Positions 41,753 to 52,686 of a stretch of 64,000 nt of DNA are shown in pieces. The translations under genes and the position numbers were made by a program. The DNA lies in NCBI GenBank assembly GCA_012295275.1, contig CM022672.1, forward strand, positions 17,670,001 to 17,734,000, in the 5' to 3' direction. The notes beneath the pieces are model-generated. The model ran no database searches, was not told the DNA's origin, and saw only the letters and a program-made list of their open reading frames with translations. Positions within the stretch are counted from its first letter, which is position 1; each line of letters opens with the position of its first letter. The DNA is from Chrysomallon squamiferum. Taxonomy: Eukaryota > Animalia > Mollusca.

Positions 41753-44700
41753 CCCACCTAGCTTGGTCTCTTTTGATTTCATTATGTTGGACCGAAAATT
41801 ATATCTTTTATTTCCACTGAGAGTGTGATTTTATTTTTTATTATTTCAGTTTTTACAAAAGATTTGTGGTGTTTGTGGTGTATTTTATTTGTTTCTTCAC
41901 ATCATTCATACTGCGACCTGCAAAAGATATTTGTGTAGGCTTGAATGACACGCAGAGTAATGAAGGCTGTAATACAGAGAATGAAACTGCTGATCCATGC
42001 TATCTGTTGAAAGCTTACCAAACTGAGGACAAAGTGAGACATTTAATAATTATTTTGTTTAGATAAAAATAGCATTACAGTTCTATGGGATACTTGGATG
42101 GGATTAAAGGGCTCTTAGGCCAAAGATGGCAATAATCCAGAAAAGTCAATCACTATCTTTATTAAAGAAATCAGTGATTAAGGACATCATTTTATGATTA
42201 ATACAACATTTACCAGTTTTTAACTTCGGCTAAGAATATTTGACATCTAAATGCTGCAATGATTTTTATATTTTTAAACAGAGGGAGAAATTCATAAATA
42301 TATCTACCTTTAGAAGGAATAATAAATAATCCATCAGAAAGTAATTCTCTCTTTATGCTTTATTTTGTTCCATTAGTGTTATTAAAATGCAAAGATTTGT
42401 AAGTATGAAAAAGTCTTTTTCTGACTGTTAACTATCACAGTAGCCAAACACTGAGAATGTTGTATTATTTTACTTTTAATTATGTCTATTTCTTGCTCAT
42501 TTCCTGTTCCTACTTCATAAATGCGTTTCTAATTTTGAAGAGTAAATAAAAAGTCTTGACAAAAATGTTAATTTCTATGAAATACGGTTAAGAAAATTTC
42601 AGTAATCTCTAAAGTGCTAATGTAACTTTTGCTGTGTTTGGTTTTTCAAGGCAAGACTAGGATTAGAAGTAGCGGTTCTTATAGGAGCGATTATCTATAT
42701 TTGTTTAGCAATGAAGAACATATTTCGTCAAGGGATCTGGATTTTCTTAACCACAATGGTAAGTGAGAGTTTATTATGTTGAATGGTCACTGTTAGATTG
42801 GCTGGGTAAAATGAAGATAACTATTACTTTTGTATATTATTCAAAGATGCTGTAGTGAAATGAACACATACATTCTTTTTCTCTATAACTCCTTTCAAAC
42901 TGAAAGTTTTGTATATTTACAAATTTTACTATTTTTTGTTAGTTAGTTTTTCTTCAATGAGATTTTAAGATTTTACCTACTAATACTAAGCATGCTTGTA
43001 GCCAAACAAATAATATAGACTACTTTAATTACTTAGTAAAGCAATTTTCATACATTTAAATATTTTATGAAAATGCCCTTTCCAATCTTTTAGTATACTC
43101 CTCTTAACCTTTTAGTATTTCTTAATCTAACAACGTTACTTGTTTTATTACAGAAAGCTGCACCTGCTGCATTTTTGTTTCTTTTTTCCTGTTTCATGGT
43201 AGTCTTCATGCTACCTGGTCGAGCTTTTTGTTTCAGTCAGTATGAGGATGTTGTTGGGGTGTTGGCAATATTGTCTACTGCTCCTTACTTCCTCTTCTTC
43301 TGCAGGTTTGTATCATTCAAAAAGAGATGGTGTCTGTAGCTTAGTGATTATAGCTTTGGCTAAAGATGTTAAGAGTTGCAGGACAATTCCTTTATTTGAA
43401 ACGATATTCTGTTCCAGCCAATTATCATACCACCAGTTTATTAAAGTATAGCTTTCCTTTATGTTGCAAGGTTGAATTTAAAAATAATTTCCCGTTAAAT
43501 GATAAAATAGCGACCAGCTTGCAGCTTTTTTTATTTTAAATAATTGTTCTATAAAAACAGAAAAGAATTAATTAAAAATAAATAATTTAAACGTTTCATT
43601 TTAAATTATCATGCATGAATACTAAATATATTTAATATGATGATATATCATGAAACTATTTTATTTTACTGATTAATGCCATTCAAAAAATTTGTTACAT
43701 CTATTTCTCATAAAACCATAGTTTACAATTAATGTAATAATTCTTTAAATTTAATTCATTACTTATTTCAAAATAACATAAGTAAAGATATTCGTAAATG
43801 ACATCAGGGTCAAATTGTGTTATGAATTTTCAGAGGTGTCCCGAAAATTGGTCCATTTGTTGTCATGATCTACAAAATGATCAAAGGTGATCTGCTGCGA
43901 TTTTTCATCATCTATGCCATCTTTGTCATCGGGTTTTCACAAGGTAAATTTGTTGCTTTGCAGGAAAGTTTTATTTCAGAACCTCTGCAGAATTTATGTT
44001 TGCATTAACATTAGAATAAACTTTTAACAGCAACAGATTGCAGAATCAGCCCTACTCTGTGTGTCTGTTGCAGTGTTTCCCATTCTCTGTCCCATCATCA
44101 GTTTTTCAAAAGCTATGATATATACTTTCCTGTCTATGAGAAGGTGCATAAAAAATATCCTGTACTGCTTGTTATAAACAGTAGTTGTTGGAATGGTGGC
44201 AGAGGTTTTCTTGTGTTATGTTATGATCATTAACACTAATGACCTTTGGCATTAAACATTCATCAGTTTCTAAACTGAAATATATTATTAACACACTTGT
44301 AGTATTAATGTCACTATAACTTTAGGTAATGTAGTTCACAAGGATATAACAACATACTGGGACTGATGTATTTGACTCGTGTTCAGTGTAAAGAAACAAC
44401 TTTATTCTTAAAGGATCTTAGAAAACATTTAAGAAATTTCTGTTTAAATGTTTTCTAAGATCCTTTAAGAATAAAGTTGTTTCTTTACCCTTACATGTGA
44501 GAGACAGGTGTCACCATGTTGTATGTTATTTAAAAATAGTCGTATAGGCTGAGGATTTTTAGCAAAAAATCAAAAAATATTTGTATCTTACACTTTTCAT
44601 AACAAGAAATGATAAAAAATATTTTGTAAAAGTTCTTAAACTTTTCATAAATAGAAATGATAAAAACTTGAATATTATATTCTTAAAAGTTCATTATGAA

Positions 44701-47144
44701 ATCCAGAACATTTCCAGTCCTATGCATTTCAGATAAGGAATAATACTAACCTGAATATGACATTACATCAGAATAATTATTATTAAAATATGTTATACAT
44801 ATATGTCATTTATGTATAAGTAGTTAATATAATCAGCATAATTGGTATTTAGATATGGTACAAGAATTATATTATCTTAAAATATGATTCCATGGAAGAC
44901 AACAGATTTTTTTTATAATTCTATTTCTTTTAACATTTTTCACACAGTATTTAATTAGAAAGGCATTCATCATTGGTTTGATAGAAATAATCACATATTC
45001 ACACTTCTTATCATGTACTTCTGTATATTTCTTTAAATTAATCTCTCTATATATTTATTTCCAGCAATGTACATTGTTTTCAGAGACAATGAGAAGAGTG
45101 CATTTAAATATGCAGATCAGTCAATTTTGAACATGTTTGTTATGTCACTTGGGCAGTTTGCTGATTTCTATGACTCTTTTAGTGGAACTAAACACCCAGT
45201 AATGGGAAAAGTATGAAAGAAAAATCATTTTTGTTATTATTCTAATTTGTTGATTTGTTTGTTGTTTATTTTGTTATTATATTTTCCCCCCACCTGACAT
45301 TCACATACACTTTTCCCATTTACAACTGTTTCAACCCTGCACAACCATATATAGTGTTTGTTTTCAGTTTATATTAATTTCCTTTAGCATGAAAAAAACA
45401 AACAAAGGTAGTGATAAATAAAATTGCAAATAAAGAACAGTTTTTGAGAGAAAAAAATTATTATTTTAGGAATTCAATAAAACATTTTTAAAATTGAGAT
45501 GCTCATCTTGGTGAAAAATGTGAATTTGTTATAGAAAACACTAGAATTTAAGACAGTAATGATTTAATCCCAACAGTTATTGTATTACTTAATATTTCAT
45601 TCTATATGTGTAATACATTCTGTTTCAACATCAAAAGGACAACAAGATGTTTCCTATCATTTGATGCAACTTGTTGCTTTATTTCATTCCATCTAACTCC
45701 ACAGAGTTTTATTTATTTATTCAGTTGTTCTTGTCAGCAGTTTATTTCAGTTAACTTTTTCTTACAGACCCAAAACCACGATGACCATTGTTGCCACTTA
45801 GTTTTAGATGTGCCGTAATGTCTTCAAATATGGATACACCCATAATAAACTGTTTGAATTACAGGCAGTGAAACACTTGAGAACATTTTAACTGTTCTGT
45901 TTTTACAAATGGTTATTGACATATTTGAACGCAGTGTGGCACTATAGAGAAAATTCCACCACTTGATAATGCATTTATCAGATTTAAATCTTTGCTGCTT
46001 AACCAGTAAATTAAATTTTAATGAATAGTTTAATAATATTCCAGCAAAAATTTAACATGCAGTCTTTGTTTAATTGCATAAATATTTCCTTACAGAATAT
46101 ATAATAATATATTTATCAAATGTGGTATACCTGTATTGGGCAGAAAGATTTAAATCTGGTTTTAACTGGTTGTCCATGAAGAGTTAAAATTATTGAAGAT
46201 TTAACAGAAAGAAGAATATTTCTATGACAAAAAAACAACAACAATATGACTGAAATAATTATAAGTATATAAATTATTCAGTGACAACAACTTTAACGAA
46301 ATTTTAATTACAGCATGTTAATTAATTTTGTGTTTAAGTTTGATTGGAATGTATTCATATTAATTTAAGCTATATTGGATAAATATGATACTTAAATTGT
46401 TTAGAAGTGAGTGCAGACATTATAATCTGATCCTAAGACATATATTTTCTTGAATATTAATAATGCCAGCTGAAAAATATGATAAAAGTAAATTCTTATT
46501 AAATATCTTATTACAATGGAATTTTCTATTTACATATTATTTTTAAAAGTACAATTTGCAGGTGAAATTTAAATATTTATGTTTTTATTTTTAATTAAAT
46601 AATAACTTTTCTTGGACATTCCATATTTTTTTTTAAATGTATTTATTCATAATTTGATCCAAAATTTAGAGTGTTCATGAGTTACAACTGCACAATTTAA
46701 CCTTGTAATTTCAGCCATGTTTATTGCTTTTCGTAACATGGATAGTGTATTTTCTGCCCCATTAGACTGCATTGTGGGAATGTTTTCCATGTCGGTGGGA
46801 GATTTTGATGATTTGTTTGCTGATTTTTTAAGGCTTCCTTCCCCACTGAACGAAGTAACTCAAGTATGTACCAGCAACCAACCTTCCATCCTTCCTTCCT
46901 AACCATATTTATGCACTGCATGGTATAAGTAGCTTAAAACCGTTATCTGAAGTTGCTTCTAATTATTGATAATAACACATCAGATTTAAAAATAAATAAA
47001 TAAATAAATAAAATAAAATAAAATGAAAATTCATACCTTTCTTTTGTTGCAAATTACATCTATAATGAATTTTTTTTTTTTTTTTTTTGTTATTTTTTTT
47101 TGTTTAATTCAAAAGATTTAATATATTTTTTATTAATTATCTCC

Positions 47145-47185
<41 letters not shown>

Positions 47186-48639
47186 TGAAATTGATGGAAT
47201 AAATATATTTGTAATTACCATATATATATATATATTTTTAAATTCTTGTACAATTATATCATTTAAATGCAGTTAATATTTTAAGTCTATTTTAAATCCA
47301 GTTAATGTGTAAAAAAAAAAAAAAAAAAAAAATTATAAAGTAAATTAAGTGGAGTATTCGGTACAATTGGTTATTCTTTGATTAGGTTGTGTTTGTTATC
47401 TACATGATCATGGTAACTCTTCTTCTGGTGAACATGTTGATAGCTATGATGGGCAACACATACCAGCTTGTGAACCAGCAACAGAAGGAATGGTTTAGAC
47501 AGGTAAGTGCAAGCAATTTCATGCTGGGGCACACACGCACACACACACACACACACAGACATTCAAAAATTTAAATTTTAAAAATAAAATAAATAAATAA
47601 ATAAAATGCAGTGTTTGTATTTTTTTTAATTCTGAAAACTGAGACTTTTTGCAAGCAGCCAAAAAATAGTGATATCTTACACTTTTCATATATTTATGCA
47701 GTTAAATGGCATTCATTTTCTTAAGCCTTTGAATCAAAACATAATTTATGTTATCATTTTTATCTAATTTTTAAAAATGTATATTCAGTTTTTTGTGTGT
47801 GTGTTTTTGTTCTTCTTTATATGTGCTTTTGACTACAGGGAAAGTGAACTCGTTCTCTTTTAAAAATTAATTATTATGCAGATGTTAATTGTTTTCTGGC
47901 TTTTTTTTTTTTTAAAAACAATTAATTTTTGGTTTTTTAGCCTGGTGTTAAATAATTTATTTTAAATTTAAGGTGTAAAATGTTTGCAGCATTCAAAAAT
48001 AGGTGTAGATGTTATGCAGACCTAAGTTTCTATTCATTTGCAAAAATCAGTATATCACTTCATTTTCAGTTGAAATGTTTATTATTCGTTACAGTGGGCA
48101 AATATAATTCTAGTTATTGAGCAGAATTTCAGTAAAGAAGAGAGAAAGAAAATGCTGATAAAGTATTCAGAGCCTATTAAAAATGAAGAAAACCGAGCCC
48201 TAAACATCCGACATCATGAGTCTGTAAGATATTTCTTTTGATTGTATGTCTCATTTTGATTTGCAGTAAAAACAAATTTAACCTGAAAAAATTCTGTTAA
48301 GAATATGCTTGCATGATCTATAATATTTTTTTTTTGTGGTGGTTTTTTTTTTGGGGGGTGTTTTTTTCAATTATAAACATTTATCACTATATTTCTACTA
48401 GAGCAGGCTTTGAAATGAAAATGCCAAATGTTGCTGATGAAATGCTTAATGGTACCATAATACACACTTTGTTCAAAAATGTCGGTATAGGTATGTCTCC
48501 GATTCCTTTCCTTTCACTGAACACATTTTGTATTTAAACTCGGACTATTTTCAGAGAATGTAGAAAAGTTTCATTTATATATCAGTCATTTTTATTTCCT
48601 TTGCAGATTGAAGGTAAAGAAACATTAAAGACAAATTAA
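35647..48639 (+). CDS. TRPV channel, Nanchung/OCR-type, ~712-713 aa, 15 coding exons with two alternative versions of exon 12
   Basis: Exons 35647-35953, 36706-36879, 37563-37752, 38261-38414, 39717-39818, 40992-41141, 41385-41467, 41850-42033, 42651-42758, 43154-43305, 43834-43943, [45065-45210 OR 46715-46863], 47386-47502, 48095-48223 and 48607-48639 are all GT-AG and phase-consistent. Ankyrin repeats: [51 protein letters not shown]4-S5 linker [23 protein letters not shown]; S6/TRP region [15 protein letters not shown]...EWFRQWA. The N-terminus [18 protein letters not shown] and the [12 protein letters not shown] insert are Nanchung-like. Confidence 0.92.
44388..44488. repeat. Perfect 45-bp inverted repeat with 11-nt loop in TRPV intron 11
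   Basis: gtaaagaaacaactttattcttaaaggatcttagaaaacatttaa (44388-44432) is the exact reverse complement of 44444-44488. Confidence 0.95.
45065..45210 (+). CDS. TRPV alternative pore-loop exon 12a
   Basis: ccag|CA ATG ... GGA AAA|gtatga, 146 nt, phase 1 to 0. Encodes (A)[48 protein letters not shown]. Confidence 0.88.
46715..46863 (+). CDS. TRPV alternative pore-loop exon 12b
   Basis: ttcag|CC ATG ... ACT CAA|gtatgt, 149 nt, phase 1 to 0. Encodes (A)[49 protein letters not shown]. Confidence 0.88.
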
Positions 48640-49193
48640 CAAATGAAAGAACTGTTTAACCACATCTGTCGTGTGATCTCAGACTTCGCTTTGCTCATAT
48701 GGGGACAGATTTAGTACCAAGAGCAAGCAAGAACCTGCAAGATGACATTTTTATACAATAAAAAGTATATAAAGATATTTGCTCTGTTTACCTAGTGACA
48801 TCAGAGACGAATGTAATTTGCTTTTAAATTTCTGTGGGGTGGCACATTGGTATGAGTTTACAGATGCTATGGCAAGCTCAAAGTGGACAAAAATGTAAAC
48901 CAAAGCTTGCATTGTTTGGCAGTTGACTGAAAAAAGGTTATGTTTTTGTGCCTTTTATAATTGATCAGATCTGAGATAAATTTTTTAATGCTTTTTCAGT
49001 GCCATAAAGTGCGAATGGTATCAGCTGTGCTAACTGTGGTGTAATCTGGCCCAGACTAAATGGGTTTGTTTTAAGGAATAACTTTTATTTTATTTTTTAT
49101 TTTTGTTTGTGCTGTTTTTATTAGATAACTGGATACTACAGTAATAAAAGACACAAATTTAACGTTCTGAATTTTTAAGAATTCTGTAAAGGA

Positions 49194-49422
49194 CGGGGCC
49201 GGATTTCCCATATAGGCTTTCTAGGCTTTCGGCTAGTGCCCAGGGTGGCAAATCATTATATAAAAATGTAAAACCATGTTTTTACTTTCAACTAGAGCAT
49301 AAGTTATAACCATTCATATTATATAAACTAAGTGGGAAGGATGAGGTGGACTTTGAGCCTTGAGGAGAGGGCGGTAATATTTCTTTAGCCTATGGGCGGA
49401 AAGCCCATTAAATCCAGCCCTG
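49194..49422. mobile_element. Non-autonomous hAT-type MITE, 229 bp
   Basis: TIRs CGGGGCCGGATTT and (reverse complement) CAGGGCTGGATTT match at 11/13. Perfect 8-bp target-site duplication GTAAAGGA at 49186-49193 and 49423-49430. Confidence 0.88.
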
Positions 49423-50936
49423 GTAAAGGACTGTGTATTTTTGAATGCAGTACAACACTGTGTGAAGTGACAGTCAGTAATGTGATTAATGGAAATATTT
49501 CTTTTTTAATAGAATATTTATTACTAATAATGAGAACTGAAACGTTATTACAATTTAAATGTTAACTGTTGTTTTAAGAACTTTAATGATCTGAGAAAAA
49601 ATGTTTTATATAACTAATCAATTCACACTGTTATTCTAATAAAGGTGGTTGTTGGTGTGATACGAGCTTAAAACTTGTTCAGTGTTTATATGTCATAATG
49701 TTGTTACTTTGTCAAACTATCACAATTTTTGTTTGTTTTTGTTTTAATTTGCAGCGATATTTATATACCTCTTTACTTTAAAATTTATTTCATTTTATTT
49801 ATTTATTTTTGTACATATTTTGTTTAAAACCAAAGTGACTGTGCTGAGATATTATGTTTTGCAAGTCTCCATCCATCCTTTTATCCTTTCATTAACAGCT
49901 GCAAAAGATGGCTTAATATTTTGATTAACTGCTGATAAAAAATATTTTATATCTGTGATATTTATTACATGTTTGTTCTATATAGATAAAAATAAAAAGA
50001 TTTGTTGTATCATGTGGTTTATTATATTTCATTTTACAGGACCAAAATAACATTTAAAAAATATATATATATATGTATATATAATTTTTATTATTTTTTT
50101 ATTTTATATGCAAAGATTTTATTTTAAAAAAGTCTTGTTATGGCTTTTTGTGTTACGATTGTTATACCTCATTAATAAAAATATTTAGGCAGGCTCACTG
50201 ATAATGTTAAAATAGTTTTAATTTGAAATTAGAAAATACAATCCGACTACTTTTTAAAAATAAATTATATTATACAGTTGTACTGTTAATTTTGATGAAG
50301 ACATACAGTGATTTAATGATAACAATAGCTTTATAATTTTGTAAACCTGTTTATTTAAAAACTGCACATTATAGGCAATGCATTATATTTTAATTTTCAA
50401 AAGGCTATTATCCAACAAAGTTATCAAAAATACGTGGGACAAACTCCTATGAAAATATCTGGAATATACCCTAATCAATTCTGTGGCCAATTATTTCCCT
50501 TATAGATTTCGATTTTAAGTTGAAAAAAAAACACATCCTAAAATGATTGTTATTACTTAAAGACCATGTAATACAATGATTTGTGCTAATAAACCAGTGA
50601 TATATAATACGTCAAAAATGAACAAATGAACGATATACAAATATCTGCAAATTCCTTCAAAATATATGGCAAAAAATGAAAGCCCGTAAAAAGAAAAAGA
50701 AAGAAAAAGTTGGGGGTTTTTTTTTGTTTTTAAAGCATAAACCCTAATTTAATACAGCAGATTTTATAGATTTTTACGTCATAGATGTTTGACGTCAGTG
50801 TCATCATGCCCTATAAACAACAGAAGTTACACGGAATTTCTTATAAAATATGAACATAGATTAATTCTTCCTGCTTGTCGGATGGATTTCAAGAATCATT
50901 TTTCGAAATGCCATCATCGGAGGCAAGACTGAAAAA

Positions 50937-51374
50937 ATGCATTATATTAACACCACCAGAAGGAAAAACGTGCAAAATCCTCATAAACTGATCGGCTGTT
51001 TCACTTGTGGACTGGCCGTTGCTTTACTTGTGCACTTAAATGTGTCAGCGGATATCTTTTTTGTTGACTTGTTAATAGCTTCTTGCATATTTTCACTATG
51101 GTTCTTTTATGTGTTACATAACTTAACAGATTATCTTAATCACCGTCTGCTATTCCATCTTCTGTTTATCGTCGCTCGGCTTTGGGCACCTGATATTGGA
51201 TGCAGTGTTGTAAAATATATCTGGGAAAGCATATTTGGTGTAAAATATGCCAGTGAACGTATGGTCAAATTCTTTAAGTATATCCCGAACACAGCTTTTG
51301 TTTTTCGATGTTTTGTTATACCATTCTGTTTGATCTGGCCTCTGTGTATGGCTGTGGCGCGCAGAAGGCGATGA
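50937..51374 (+). CDS. Hypothetical intronless hydrophobic (multi-TM) protein, 145 aa, family not recognised
   Basis: A 438-nt non-repetitive ORF in a GC/CpG-elevated patch. Upstream are TTACGTCA (50774), TGACGTCA (50790) and TATAAA (50812); downstream AATAAA at 51596 and 51610. Several hydrophobic segments and a C-terminal RRRR. Confidence 0.45.
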   Translation: MHYINTTRRKNVQNPHKLIGCFTCGLAVALLVHLNVSADIFFVDLLIASCIFSLWFFYVLHNLTDYLNHRLLFHLLFIVARLWAPDIGCSVVKYIWESIFGVKYASERMVKFFKYIPNTAFVFRCFVIPFCLIWPLCMAVARRRR

Positions 51375-51750
51375 TGGAAGTACGCACACGCATTCTTGGG
51401 GATCTTCGCAAAGCTTCTGTGGATTTGCAACATTACATTTGCTCACATGCTGTATGCACAAATTTTTAGAAAATTATGTTTATGTGGTGTAATGTTAATT
51501 ACTGTAAAAAATGTACTTTTGAAGATTAAAAATGAATTGTCTAAATATATTCTGAATACTCCCAAAATATTATTTTATTCGTTTTTATCGCGTCAAATAA
51601 ATCTTAATTAATAAAGAAATTCAGTAGCAAAGAAGTAGTTTACGAATATTTTGTTGCTACTATGTTCTGCCCTTGTGATGTCTTCTACACACGTTCTAAT
51701 GAAATTCATTTCACGTTTTTGCATTTGGTTAATCTTTCTTGGTTTCTGTA

Positions 51751-51986
51751 CAGTGGCGTGCAGAGGCCTGGTCGTACCCGTGGCCAACTCCTTGACTGTA
51801 TGCCCCAACGACTCGAGTATAAGGCCTTAGTACTGAGAAATATTACGAGAAAGGAAGATATTCTGAACATGTAATCACAGATGAAACATAAAATAAACGC
51901 TTTATTCGATTTATATATAAATCAATGAAATTTGTTTTCTCTGACTGGACGCCCGAGGTCACCGACCCTTCCTCTGCACGCTGCTG
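51751..51986. mobile_element. Non-autonomous hAT-like MITE, ~236 bp
   Basis: TIRs CAGTGGCGTGCAGAGG and (reverse complement) CAGCAGCGTGCAGAGG match at 14/16. Flanks TTTCTGTA and TATCTGTT form a degenerate 8-bp TSD (6/8). Confidence 0.75.
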
Positions 51987-52297
51987 TATCTGTTTCTGTA
52001 CCCTTTTGGGCTGGAAACATTTACAGACTCGCTGAATAGTTCCATCAAATCTCATGGGTCAACTACTGACCACTTTGTAATTTAATGATTACATTTGTAT
52101 CCTATATAATCTTGTAGATAGCTGTATGTCAATGATTATACTTGCATATTAGCATACACTTCAAATAATTACAACCACTGTTTTAACACATTCTCCACAT
52201 TAACCTCCAAGTAGCTTGGGCATTTTAATGAAAACGGACAAAATCTGTAGATCCAATAATTCTGTTTCTTTTGGAAAAGAGCAAAGGAACACCAGCA

Positions 52298-52332
<35 letters not shown>

Positions 52333-52686
52333 TGCATAATTATTAGCTAAGATTGGTATTTCAAAACAAACGGCAACTTTCCAATAACAGCTAACAATCA
52401 GCATTGCAACCTGCTGCACACTTCACACCAACTCCCCACTGCACCTGTTTCAATTCAGTATCAGAAAGGCAGAGAGATGTGACTTACTTTGAACACCCAT
52501 TAATACTTTTTCAATAATCCATCCATCTAATCTCCTTTAAAACATCAAAATAATAATAAATAATTAATAATAATAATAACAATAATGCAAAATTAAAATC
52601 AAAAACATAACACATGAAAACAAATTTTTTAGATGTATGAAATTATTTTTTTTTAATGATGAAAACAGTATGAGAATGAATGAAAA

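Noticed and set aside
45065-46863. Alternative reading that exons 12a and 12b are both constitutive or an assembly duplication
   Set aside because: Joint inclusion breaks the frame. The exons are too diverged, with unrelated flanking introns, to be a haplotype or assembly duplicate.
51140-51461. Antisense ORFs (97 and 103 aa) overlapping the 145-aa ORF
   Set aside because: No recognisable features. Promoter and poly(A) signals favour the + strand, so these are probably shadow ORFs.
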